In this document: piece by piece, positions 16,029-23,058 of the stretch
Layout: the number at the start of each line of letters is the position of its first letter
Numbering within the stretch: position 1 is the stretch's first letter
Assembly (NCBI RefSeq): GCF_001306055.1
Contig: NZ_LGHJ01000017.1
Coordinates: forward strand, 210,001 to 242,000
Length of the DNA stretch: 32,000 nucleotides
Source of the DNA: Bellilinea caldifistulae
GTDB lineage: Bacteria > Chloroflexota > Anaerolineae > Anaerolineales > Anaerolineaceae
Reading direction: 5' to 3'
The notes under the pieces: generated by a model
Database searches by the model: none
Told to the model about the DNA's origin: nothing
What the model saw: only the letters and a program-made list of their open reading frames with translations
Translations under genes and position numbers: made by a program

Positions 16029-17773
16029 GCTGCCTCCGTTTCCACAGAAACACTCAACAACCGCTCTTCAGGAAGACCAATTTCTTTTGCCAAACCAAGT
16101 GCATATTTTTTCGTTGCCTCAACGCCCTGCATACGCACATTGCCAATAACACATTGCAGCAAATACCAACCAAGCCGCGTCATCACTTCACTCCGATAAT
16201 TTTCGTCACCCGGCTTTACTGCTACACCCAGACGGATAGCACGAATTAGAAATTCGATTGATCCTGTATTCCATTTCCCAAACAAATAACCGGCAAAAAT
16301 TGGGGCGATCTGATTGATATACTCATCCGCCTCCTCTAAATTACGGATTTGCCGCTCCTGTTCCTCTACCCATCTTTCGTCATCTTCCCGGATGGATTCC
16401 AGTTCGGCTGCGCGTTGAATTACCGCCGGCTCAACACTGACGATCTGTACCACCGGCGATCCGGTATGAGTTGTATACGCATTACCACCGGCGTATCCCT
16501 TCAATCGCAAATGCGGTGATTTCTCCTGAATGGCACTTTTGAAATAATCACCCAATTCACCCCACGAAACGTACTGGACAAATTGATTTCCATCCTCGAT
16601 CGGATCGTAAATCGAGATACCCGTTTCCGTGGAAACGCGCTCCAGTTCCAGTTCGATCCATCGGGCTTTCTTGCGCTCATAACAGACCTTACGCCCGCAA
16701 AACCCCTCACCGGCGATAGTCAGATAAAACGGACATTTACTACACGTCGGCGGATTCTTCAAATGATTGTAAACTTCTACGGCCTCCGGCAATTCCTCGG
16801 CTAGCTGGTTGGCCAAAGCAGCGTTGATACCCTCTGCCTTAGCCGAAGCCAATAAGGAAATTTGTTCAATGTCCAGAGTTATGGTCTCTTCGGAGGATAA
16901 AACGCTCTGATAAGGCAGGGTGATTTCTGCCGGCCCGCGGTAGCACTTCTTGAAATCACTGATGGTAACCTGATAATTGATTTTTCCAGATTCCCAGTCC
17001 AGCGGAAACAGATCATTGGCTTTCCCGTTATTCTGCCAGTAAGTATGTAGTCGCTGGATGTGCTTCTCTCCGCTGATTACCGCGCGAATGATGTTGTCCA
17101 CCTGCTCCGGTTTGTCATAGTGATTCGCGGCAATTTCATCGGCCAAATACTCGATGCGCTCGGCCGGCAGTATCTTCTGCACGCTCAACAGCCGGCGCGC
17201 AAAATGTTCGGTGATTACACCACCGGCCAGATACAATTGCACTTTTTCCGGCAACTCCAGCAGACGCATCTTGTTGCGTACCGCACTTTCACTAATGCCG
17301 AATAATTCCCCGATCTCCCTGCTGGTTTTGCCGAACTCCTCCCGATAGCGCCGCATTGCCCGCGCCTCTTCGATGGGCGTCAGGTCGCGGCGCTGTATAT
17401 TCTCACTCACTGCCAATCGGAACATCTCTTCATCGCTGATGTCCTTGATTCTCACCGGCATTTCCCCCCACTGTCCATTGTCGCAGCGTTTGTCTAGCAA
17501 CCGGTATGCCGCCAGCCGGCTGTGACCAAATGCCAGTTGGACATCGCAGCCAAGTTTTTCGAAGATTTCACGCGGATCGTTGATTCTTGTCATTACCTCG
17601 CGAACCGATACCGGCTTGCCGCTTGCATCACAAAGCCGCCCAACCGGCTCTTGCAGCAATCCGTCTGCGAGAATGGACGCCGCCAGTGCCTCTATGTGCT
17701 CCGCGTCCTCTTCTGTGCGCGGCTGCCAGGGGTTTGGAAAAATGGAATAAATCGGGAATAGCATTCGAAGCAT
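16025..17773 (-). CDS. ParB-like nuclease-domain / HTH protein (582 aa)
   Basis: The N-terminal ParB/Srx-type motifs are IFPNPWQPR...LAASILADGLLQEPVGR...FGHSRLAAYRLL. These are followed by an HTH (TSREIGELFGISESAVRNKMRLL) and a long C-terminal region of unknown function. Confidence 0.7.
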   Translation of the reverse strand: MLRMLFPIYSIFPNPWQPRTEEDAEHIEALAASILADGLLQEPVGRLCDASGKPVSVREVMTRINDPREIFEKLGCDVQLAFGHSRLAAYRLLDKRCDNGQWGEMPVRIKDISDEEMFRLAVSENIQRRDLTPIEEARAMRRYREEFGKTSREIGELFGISESAVRNKMRLLELPEKVQLYLAGGVITEHFARRLLSVQKILPAERIEYLADEIAANHYDKPEQVDNIIRAVISGEKHIQRLHTYWQNNGKANDLFPLDWESGKINYQVTISDFKKCYRGPAEITLPYQSVLSSEETITLDIEQISLLASAKAEGINAALANQLAEELPEAVEVYNHLKNPPTCSKCPFYLTIAGEGFCGRKVCYERKKARWIELELERVSTETGISIYDPIEDGNQFVQYVSWGELGDYFKSAIQEKSPHLRLKGYAGGNAYTTHTGSPVVQIVSVEPAVIQRAAELESIREDDERWVEEQERQIRNLEEADEYINQIAPIFAGYLFGKWNTGSIEFLIRAIRLGVAVKPGDENYRSEVMTRLGWYLLQCVIGNVRMQGVEATKKYALGLAKEIGLPEERLLSVSVETEAA

Positions 17774-17782
17774 GAAATCACC

Positions 17783-17920
17783 TCACCTCACCAACCTGAT
17801 CACAATCTCCGGCAGCAGCACGATAGAAACTATCACCAGCACCCAGGCCAGAATGCACACCAGCAGCAAATCGAACCAGCCGCTGATTTTTTTTGGTTTG
17901 TACGGATTGCTCATTTTCAT
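17783..17920 (-). CDS. Small membrane peptide (45 aa)
   Basis: Below the ORF-track cutoff. It reads MKMSNPYKPKKISGWFDLLLVCILAWVLVIVSIVLLPEIVIRLVR and fills the gap between two tightly packed genes. Confidence 0.35.
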   Translation of the reverse strand: MKMSNPYKPKKISGWFDLLLVCILAWVLVIVSIVLLPEIVIRLVR

Positions 17921-17924
17921 ACCC

Positions 17925-18161
17925 TCACCACATCAATTTTTTCAACGTCCGCCGGTCGCGGTCCACAATTGCAAGATTGTTGTAATTGTCCTTCATGATC
18001 AGCCCCGGCGGAAACACGCCCATTTCCAGACCATTTTTGACATCGCGGATCGGCATGGATTTGCGAACGAAATCCCAGTACTCGTTCACATCCACCCCCG
18101 GAAACATCACATAGCCGCAGAAGAAGAGCTGATTTTCAGCCATAATTTCATTCTTCAACAA
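17925..18161 (-). CDS. Hypothetical protein (78 aa)
   Basis: Minus-strand ORF in the operon, with ordinary composition. The antisense plus-strand ORF 17772-18167 is judged spurious. Confidence 0.45.
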   Translation of the reverse strand: MLKNEIMAENQLFFCGYVMFPGVDVNEYWDFVRKSMPIRDVKNGLEMGVFPPGLIMKDNYNNLAIVDRDRRTLKKLMW

Positions 18162-18348
18162 ATCTGAACGCCACTTTGCAGTCGAAACAATTCCGGCGGT
18201 GACCGAAATAGTGCTTGAGTAGATTGTGAATCTCGTTTTTTCGTTGCGGTGTCGGATCGTCCTGCTGTTTTGCCAGCAGATTATCCAGATCGCGGTCTAT
18301 TTCTTCGCCAACCGGGCACAAACTTTTCTCGATGATTACACCGTTCAT
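18148..18348 (-). CDS. Hypothetical small protein (66 aa from internal Met)
   Basis: The upstream part of ORF 18148-18546 is G/A/R-rich and overlaps the next gene. The Met at 18348 forms an ATGA overlap with the stop of 18345-18557 and gives MNGVIIEKSLCPVGEEIDRDLDNLL... Confidence 0.4.
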   Translation of the reverse strand: MNGVIIEKSLCPVGEEIDRDLDNLLAKQQDDPTPQRKNEIHNLLKHYFGHRRNCFDCKVAFRFVEE

Positions 18349-18557
18349 GCTTTTGACTCTTTCCGATCGGAAATCTCGCGCAGTTCCGCCAGCATCGTCT
18401 GGCACTGCGGACAGCTGCGCAGGTGGGAGCGGTAACGCGTTATGGATTCGACATACGGCGGATATTCTTCCTCGTCCACCTGTTCCAGCCGCGCCAGGGT
18501 GATCTGCCGCTCCACCTCGCAGAATAACCGCCATGCTTCCGCACACCGTCCTGCCAT
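18345..18557 (-). CDS. Small Cys-containing (putative Zn-binding) protein (70 aa from internal Met)
   Basis: The Met at 18557 follows the upstream stop (18559). The sequence MAGRCAEAWRLFCEV...SHLRSCPQCQTMLAEL carries CxxxxxxxC and CPQC pairs. Confidence 0.4.
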   Translation of the reverse strand: MAGRCAEAWRLFCEVERQITLARLEQVDEEEYPPYVESITRYRSHLRSCPQCQTMLAELREISDRKESKA

Positions 18558-18558
18558 C

Positions 18559-18882
18559 TTAAAATCTCCATGCAAACGGACGGCGCTGATACAACCAGGC
18601 ATCTCCGGCCTGATGCAGGCTGGACACGCCGGCAATCCGCTTGGCCATCTCGGCCACATCGGCTATGGTCGGAACGCTGGTATAGCGGTGCTGATACAAT
18701 ACTTCGTTTACCGCCAGTTCCAACAGGCCGAGGGGCAGCATCCCCAGCGCCTGCTCGTAAACCAGCAGCTGCCGCTTATCTACTTCCCGCCCAATCGCAA
18801 CCCACAGCCGGGACAACACTGCCAGCCATTCACTGCGTGCATGTTCGTGTATCTGTTCGTTGGTCAGATCGCTCATGGTCAC
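18559..18882 (-). CDS. Hypothetical protein (107 aa) downstream of the replisome organizer
   Basis: 4-nt overlap with the upstream gene. No motif recognised. Confidence 0.5.
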   Translation of the reverse strand: MTMSDLTNEQIHEHARSEWLAVLSRLWVAIGREVDKRQLLVYEQALGMLPLGLLELAVNEVLYQHRYTSVPTIADVAEMAKRIAGVSSLHQAGDAWLYQRRPFAWRF

Positions 18883-19664
18883 ACCTTTGGATTTTCAGAG
18901 ATATACTCGCGGATGATCTCGTCCACATCCTGCTTTTTGCCGTTTTTCGGGGCGCGCTGACGGGACCGGAAAACATTCACGCCGTTCAGAATCGACCAGG
19001 GACCGGCAATTTTGAGCCCCTGCGCCAGCATCTCCCGGCAGGTTGCGTCAATTTCCTCCGGTGAAGCGCGCATCCGCATCAGCTCCAGCATCGCATCATG
19101 CCAGCGGCGGGTCTGGCCTCCGCCGCCGATAGGCGCATGGATTCCCGTTGCGGCGCTGAAAGCCTGAATCAACGGTTTCATCGTCGGTGAAAAATAATCG
19201 TCGTCAGGTTTTTGGTCGCCGCCGCTTTTTGCTTCTGCATCTACTTCTACTTCTTTTTCTTCTTCTTTTTCTTTATCTTCTTCTATTTCTTCTTCTACGT
19301 AACGTTTCGTTACACGTTCGTTTCTGTTTTTGTAACGTTTCGTTACATCTTTGCGGTGATTGGCAACGCGTTCGGCCGGCGTATCAGCATCTTGACGCTC
19401 CGCAAAATGAGTCACAACCCAGACACCAGGCTCCGCTTCATGCACCACCCCGACTTCTGCCAGGCCGTGGAGAGCCTCGCTCAGCTTCGTCTCATCGAGA
19501 CGGAGGATCCACGCCATATCTTCTACGGGCGGTAGTACACCATCGTTCCCGTTCCTGCCCGCAAGCAAGAACAGCTCTATGGCACGCCGGAATAACCAGT
19601 CTGGCATACGTCCCATTTTGGGATCGTCAAGTATCTCAATGTATAACTTTATCCATCGCCTCAT
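18879..19664 (-). CDS. Phage replisome organizer / DnaD-like replication initiation protein
   Basis: 261 aa. The N-terminus WIKLYIEILDDPKMGRMPDWLFRRAIELFLLAG is typical of the phage replisome-organizer N-terminal domain. It has an acidic linker and a C-terminal helical domain. Confidence 0.7.
   Translation of the reverse strand: MRRWIKLYIEILDDPKMGRMPDWLFRRAIELFLLAGRNGNDGVLPPVEDMAWILRLDETKLSEALHGLAEVGVVHEAEPGVWVVTHFAERQDADTPAERVANHRKDVTKRYKNRNERVTKRYVEEEIEEDKEKEEEKEVEVDAEAKSGGDQKPDDDYFSPTMKPLIQAFSAATGIHAPIGGGGQTRRWHDAMLELMRMRASPEEIDATCREMLAQGLKIAGPWSILNGVNVFRSRQRAPKNGKKQDVDEIIREYISENPKV
19299..19346. repeat. Two copies of the 15-bp palindrome GTAACGTTTCGTTAC, 33 bp apart, inside the replisome organizer gene (candidate origin or iterons)
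   Basis: The copies are at 19299-19313 and 19332-19346 and are identical. They lie immediately next to a long T/C-rich, AT-rich tract (19205-19298). Confidence 0.5.
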
Positions 19665-19673
19665 ATCACCCGC

Positions 19674-20069
19674 CTACACCACCCAAACCTGACCGGGCAG
19701 AACCTTGCGGTTCTTGATCACGATTACCGCCAGCTGCTTTGCGCGCGTGTAAATTTCTTTAGATACATCCTGCGCGAGCAGAACCATCTGCGGCTTCCCG
19801 TACCGCTCGCGGTGCATTACCAGCACCGCTTCGATGTTCCCGTCAGGTATGTCATAGACCCGCCAGATCGGCGTGATCATCCCGACAGATAATCCATTGT
19901 TACCGGAATTTATCGCACTTCCGCCGCCGCGGCCGTGCCGTTCGGTCTGCCTGACCCGGCGGCTGCGGCTTTTCTGTGCCGCACCACGGCACTGCGGCCC
20001 CAAACCGGCGGCTATCGAGACGGGATCGGTGAGCGGTTTTCCGCAGCGTTTGCAGCGCGGTTTGCTCAT
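19674..20069 (-). CDS. Hypothetical protein with N-terminal Zn-ribbon-like motif (DUF6011-like)
   Basis: 131 aa. MSKPRCKRCGKPLTDPVSIAAGLGPQCR is the small CxxC...GPxC motif common in phage early proteins. Confidence 0.45.
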   Translation of the reverse strand: MSKPRCKRCGKPLTDPVSIAAGLGPQCRGAAQKSRSRRVRQTERHGRGGGSAINSGNNGLSVGMITPIWRVYDIPDGNIEAVLVMHRERYGKPQMVLLAQDVSKEIYTRAKQLAVIVIKNRKVLPGQVWVV

Positions 20070-20443
20070 AGCAACCTCATCTGAAAACTGTCCCCAAAGA
20101 TGCGCTCGGCTGATTGATCCATCGCCCGTAAGGTCTCGCTCATATCGGCGATCTTGGCGGCAAATTCCATCTTGCGGAATTCTTGATATTCCTCCAGCGT
20201 GTCCGCCCAGTAATAACCGCCGTCCTCGCCGGGTGCAGAGCAGATCAGGTATCCCTTCCGGCGCAATTGCTTGATCATTTCACGCACCTGCCGCTCGCTG
20301 GCCGGCTGCCCCAGCCGGCGCACCATCGCCGTCAACTCATTGCGCCCGATGGCGTTTCGCCGCCCGCGCCGCGATTCGAGCACGCGTAAGATAGCGCGCT
20401 CAAGACCGGGCGGCATTTTTTCGATAATTTCATCGTACTTCAT
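20066..20443 (-). CDS. Putative winged-helix DNA-binding protein (125 aa)
   Basis: GRNELTAMVRRLGQPASERQVREMIKQLRRKGYLICS looks like a wHTH. 4-nt overlaps on both sides. Confidence 0.45.
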   Translation of the reverse strand: MKYDEIIEKMPPGLERAILRVLESRRGRRNAIGRNELTAMVRRLGQPASERQVREMIKQLRRKGYLICSAPGEDGGYYWADTLEEYQEFRKMEFAAKIADMSETLRAMDQSAERIFGDSFQMRLL

Positions 20444-20709
20444 TTCGGCAGTACTCCGATTCCACTTACGCCCATCCGGCTCATTTTCAGCATGGCTACT
20501 TTTTCGCGGTCGATGTAGCGAATAATGGCCGTTACGATCATCCGCTCCAGCCGGCCTTTAGGGACCGGCAGCGCGTAATAGATATCATTGAGCATAATGG
20601 CGCGCATGGCCATGTCTGCTTCGTCAAACGCCTGCTTGCGCCGCAACACGATCCAAACCGCCACCAGCATCCAGAGCGGCAGGTAGAACACGGCAAAAAG
20701 CGATTTCAT
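20440..20709 (-). CDS. Small membrane protein (89 aa)
   Basis: N-terminal TM segment (LFAVFYLPLWMLVAVWIVL). Coupled to its neighbours by 4-nt overlaps. Confidence 0.45.
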   Translation of the reverse strand: MKSLFAVFYLPLWMLVAVWIVLRRKQAFDEADMAMRAIMLNDIYYALPVPKGRLERMIVTAIIRYIDREKVAMLKMSRMGVSGIGVLPK

Positions 20710-21185
20710 TGCTGCACCTCCTCAAACCCCGGCAGGGGTTTATCGAAATCGAGAATATCCGCAGGAATAAGAATGGGGGTAATCAATGACCGGCTTCCGT
20801 GTGCAACCGCCGCCATCATCTCACTCAACAATACCGTGGTGATATTGACCGGCAGTGTCTTCGGGTCCACTTGCCGGAAGCCGTTGGCTTCCATCCACTT
20901 GATCAGGTCACTCATCCGGAAAACATTCACGCCGTTCGCGTTGACCATCCGCAGCAGATCGTCCACAACGTCGCCGGAGCGGTTGATCACCGCAAAAGCA
21001 TACTGCCCGCGGTGCGGCCAGATCATCACGTAGAGGTTATGCCCCTCATAAACTGCCGTCCCGCTGCGCCCCGCTGCTGCTGCCCGCATACCCGCTACGG
21101 TGGAGTAAAAATCGAGTGGATAAACGCTGGCACAGGCAAGCGAGATCAACGCAAGCAGCAATACAAAAATAGATAACCGTTTCAT
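20706..21185 (-). CDS. Secreted or periplasmic protein with signal peptide (159 aa)
   Basis: MKRLSIFVLLLALISLACASVYP is a classic signal peptide. Function unknown; a superinfection-exclusion-type role is possible. Confidence 0.5.
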   Translation of the reverse strand: MKRLSIFVLLLALISLACASVYPLDFYSTVAGMRAAAAGRSGTAVYEGHNLYVMIWPHRGQYAFAVINRSGDVVDDLLRMVNANGVNVFRMSDLIKWMEANGFRQVDPKTLPVNITTVLLSEMMAAVAHGSRSLITPILIPADILDFDKPLPGFEEVQQ

Positions 21186-21493
21186 TTGTTTTGCTCCTTT
21201 CTGTTTTTGTGGTTGGGGGCTGGCTTTCTACCAGCCCCCTGCTGCCCCGCCGGCCGAGGAGGGCGGCCGGCAGTAACAACCTCGATTTGTTCGGGCTCAT
21301 ATGCCCACAACACCCAGATGCCCCCGTGGGACAAGGCGCGCATTTCCTCCGGCAGCTGCGGGTCGTGCGGATCGTGGCTGACCAGTATCCGCCCCGGCAG
21401 GCCGTCTTTTTCCACCAGCCTGCCCTGCACCAGCCCCGGGCCGTTTGGGGTGCGCACTATGGAAAGAAATTGAATTTTAGGTTTATCGGTCAT
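21182..21493 (-). CDS. Hypothetical protein (103 aa from internal Met)
   Basis: The upstream part of ORF 21182-21589 overlaps the tRNA-like element and is P/R-rich. The Met at 21493 gives MTDKPKIQFLSIVRTPNGPGLVQGRLVEKDG... Confidence 0.45.
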   Translation of the reverse strand: MTDKPKIQFLSIVRTPNGPGLVQGRLVEKDGLPGRILVSHDPHDPQLPEEMRALSHGGIWVLWAYEPEQIEVVTAGRPPRPAGQQGAGRKPAPNHKNRKEQNK

Positions 21494-21597
21494 GATTGCT
21501 CCGTTTTGGGGGCGGAAGTCGCTTATACCGCTAATTGCCGCAACGCGCCTCCGCCCCCGGGAGGTGGGGTTCACCGGTGGGGGGGACACCGGCTAAT

Positions 21598-21648
21598 TGG
21601 CGGGGCAGGATTCGAACCTGATTTGCTGGTCTGGTCTGCGGCCCCACC
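21598..21648 (-). ncRNA. tRNA-like minihelix (7-bp acceptor-like stem plus T-arm, no D or anticodon arms)
   Basis: The minus strand reads GGTGGGG-(21 nt)-CAGG-TTCGAAT-CCTG-CCCCGCC-A. It has a canonical T-loop and the acceptor strands pair with one G-U. It lies in a 162-nt ORF-free gap and is followed by the hairpin CCGGTG-N8-CACCGG. Confidence 0.4.
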
Positions 21649-21655
21649 AGTTTGC

Positions 21656-21838
21656 TCATTTCAACAACTCCTGCTCACTCTCTGGATCGATTTCTTCCTC
21701 GTTCTGTTTTTCAAGGGCGTTAGCAATCCGATAAAGCGCAACCGCAATCGCCTCCAGAGCCCATTCGATAGCAATGCTGCCACTGTTTGAGTGTGTATTT
21801 TCGATTAATATTTCGTTCAACTCACGATTGATTTCCAT
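21656..21838 (-). CDS. Hypothetical small acidic protein (60 aa)
   Basis: ORF with GAGGAGG RBS. Helical, lower GC than its neighbours. Confidence 0.45.
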   Translation of the reverse strand: MEINRELNEILIENTHSNSGSIAIEWALEAIAVALYRIANALEKQNEEEIDPESEQELLK

Positions 21839-21944
21839 CTTTCCTCCTCATCTCAAGATAACTTACAAAAACAACAATTGCCAGGGATGCCGCCGGCAGG
21901 CTGCACAGCGCCGCGGTAAAAGCTACCCACTCGTTCATGATTCA

Positions 21945-22176
21945 ACCTCCGCCCGTCTCTCCGGGCCGTCACACCACTTCAAACACCGCAGGTGTCGCGC
22001 GGGAGGCGTCCCTTGCCCTGTCCGCCTGGTCAAGCGTTCTTTCCGCTTTGTCCCCCGCCATTGCAGGCGGAGTTGTAGTCCAGCCGGGCGGGACTTGCAC
22101 CCGCCCAGGCCACTCTGGCGGCTGGATCGAAAGGAGGAGAAGATGAACGGAGTGTCTGGCACACCACCCCGCGCCG
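21945..22176 (-). ncRNA. Structured RNA domain homologous to the 3' third of the module B large RNA
   Basis: There is no credible frame; ORFs 21935-22546(-) and 21937-22146(+) are GC artefacts. It shares a 23-nt identical block GTGACGGCCCGGAGAGACGGGCG, the 19-nt T-loop block GGGTGCAAGTCCCGCCCGG, and compensatory helix changes relative to 28092-28263. Confidence 0.55.
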
Positions 22177-22392
22177 TTAGTCCCGGTTGCGCGACAAGAT
22201 CGCCTCGATCTCGTCGAGGGCTTCCATATTCTCCGCCAGTGCCGTTCCGGCTTTTGCCACCAGGTTGGCCGCCCGCTGGTGCGGAAATTCCTCCACCAGC
22301 CGTTTGAGCGATTCGCGGATCACCCGGTTTGCCAGCCGCGCACGGCTCAATTCTTGTCGGAATACATAACCGCCGATTTTCTTTTCGGTCAT
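22177..22392 (-). CDS. Hypothetical helical protein (71 aa from internal Met)
   Basis: The Met at 22392 has a GGAGGTG RBS. MTEKKIGGYVFRQELSRARLANRVIRESLKRLVEEF... has protein-like composition, unlike the upstream part of the listed 126-aa ORF. Confidence 0.5.
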   Translation of the reverse strand: MTEKKIGGYVFRQELSRARLANRVIRESLKRLVEEFPHQRAANLVAKAGTALAENMEALDEIEAILSRNRD

Positions 22393-22637
22393 AAACACCT
22401 CCGCTTGTCTGCCAAGTGCGCGCTTGATCAAACAAACGGCGTCTAGCCGCCCCGTCGCACAGCCGGTCGAGGTTCTGCCCGACTGCCGCCCGCTGTGCAA
22501 ATTCACCCATTTTGCCTCCCGATTCAATCCTGTACTTGATTCGCAATGGCTAACCAATCACAATAAGCGTGATGATCATTGCGATTAAGCCAAAAACCGC
22601 GAGAAACCAGTTTTCCCAGTCCTCGCGGAATGAATAT

Positions 22638-22829
22638 TTATTCGACTTCATGAGTGACCGCCTCGCCCTCAACCGGGCTGGTATTCCCGTGCCGGCGCAG
22701 CCATTCAAGCCGGATCAGCCGCCGCACCCATGCCGAACGATTGTCGTAAGCATCCTCCACCATCATCCGGTCGATCATGCGGGCGTCTTCCTCAGTTACA
22801 TTCACATTGACCTGCACGAATTCGGGCAT
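22638..22829 (-). CDS. Ribbon-helix-helix (CopG/Arc-like) DNA-binding protein, Cro-like position
   Basis: 63 aa. MPEFVQVNVNVTEEDARMIDRMMVEDAYDNRSAWVRRLIRLEW shows the beta-strand, helix, helix pattern of RHH proteins. It is an early gene divergent from the XRE repressor. Confidence 0.65.
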   Translation of the reverse strand: MPEFVQVNVNVTEEDARMIDRMMVEDAYDNRSAWVRRLIRLEWLRRHGNTSPVEGEAVTHEVE

Positions 22830-22841
22830 GTTGACTCCTTT

Positions 22842-22979
22842 CTACAAAATCACAAAGCGGTGATGTCCGGCATAAAAAACAACGCGCCAGCGGTAGGTCT
22901 TCCAAATAACCAATACCAGCGCTCCGATCTTCAACTGCATGATTTTTTCTATTGGGTTGATAAAAATATCGGTGTTCAT
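22842..22979 (-). CDS. Possible first early ORF (45 aa)
   Basis: Below the ORF-track cutoff. GGAG lies 5 nt before the ATG. It reads MNTDIFINPIEKIMQLKIGALVLVIWKTYRWRVVFYAGHHRFVIL and lies between the early promoter and the RHH gene. Confidence 0.3.
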   Translation of the reverse strand: MNTDIFINPIEKIMQLKIGALVLVIWKTYRWRVVFYAGHHRFVIL

Positions 22980-22993
22980 GTTTTCTCCAAAAG

Positions 22994-23028
22994 TTAGAAT
23001 TTTCTAAATAAACGTCAGATACATCTAA
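22994..23028. promoter_or_regulatory. Two related palindromic operator candidates (TTAGAATTTTCTAA and TCAGATACATCTAA)
   Basis: A perfect 14-bp palindrome sits at 22994-23007 and a 14-bp near-palindrome with the same half-sites at 23015-23028. Their centres are 21 bp apart, and both lie between the divergent early promoter and the first early ORF. Confidence 0.45.
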
Positions 23029-23029
23029 C

Positions 23030-23058
23030 ATTATAGCACCTTATATGAAAATGTCAAG
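23030..23058 (-). promoter_or_regulatory. Consensus sigma70 early promoter (TTGACA-17-TATAAT with TGn extension)
   Basis: On the minus strand, the -35 TTGACA is at 23053-58 and the -10 TATAAT at 23030-35, preceded by TGC. The spacer is 17 nt. It overlaps the start codon region of the plus-strand XRE gene. Confidence 0.6.

Noticed and set aside
19205-19298. T/C-rich tract as a simple-sequence repeat or slippage-prone phase-variation site
   Set aside because: It is the in-frame antisense of the acidic E/K-rich linker of the replisome organizer, and the units are imperfect. More plausibly it is a coding linker that doubles as an easily melted region next to the palindromes.
21935-22546. Long ORFs (203 aa minus strand, 177 aa and 69 aa plus strand) covering the 21.9-22.5 kb region
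   Set aside because: The translations are R/G/P/A-rich low-complexity strings typical of stop-poor GC-rich DNA. They overlap a better 71-aa ORF with a strong RBS (22177-22392) and the conserved RNA blocks. Judged non-coding.
22393-22550. Possibility that the module A RNA extends upstream to about 22550, giving ~600 nt like the module B RNA
   Set aside because: I found no blockwise similarity between 22177-22550 and the 5' two thirds of the module B RNA. In addition, 22177-22392 has codon-like composition and an RBS. Kept the RNA call to 21945-22176, but the 22393-22550 leader remains unexplained.
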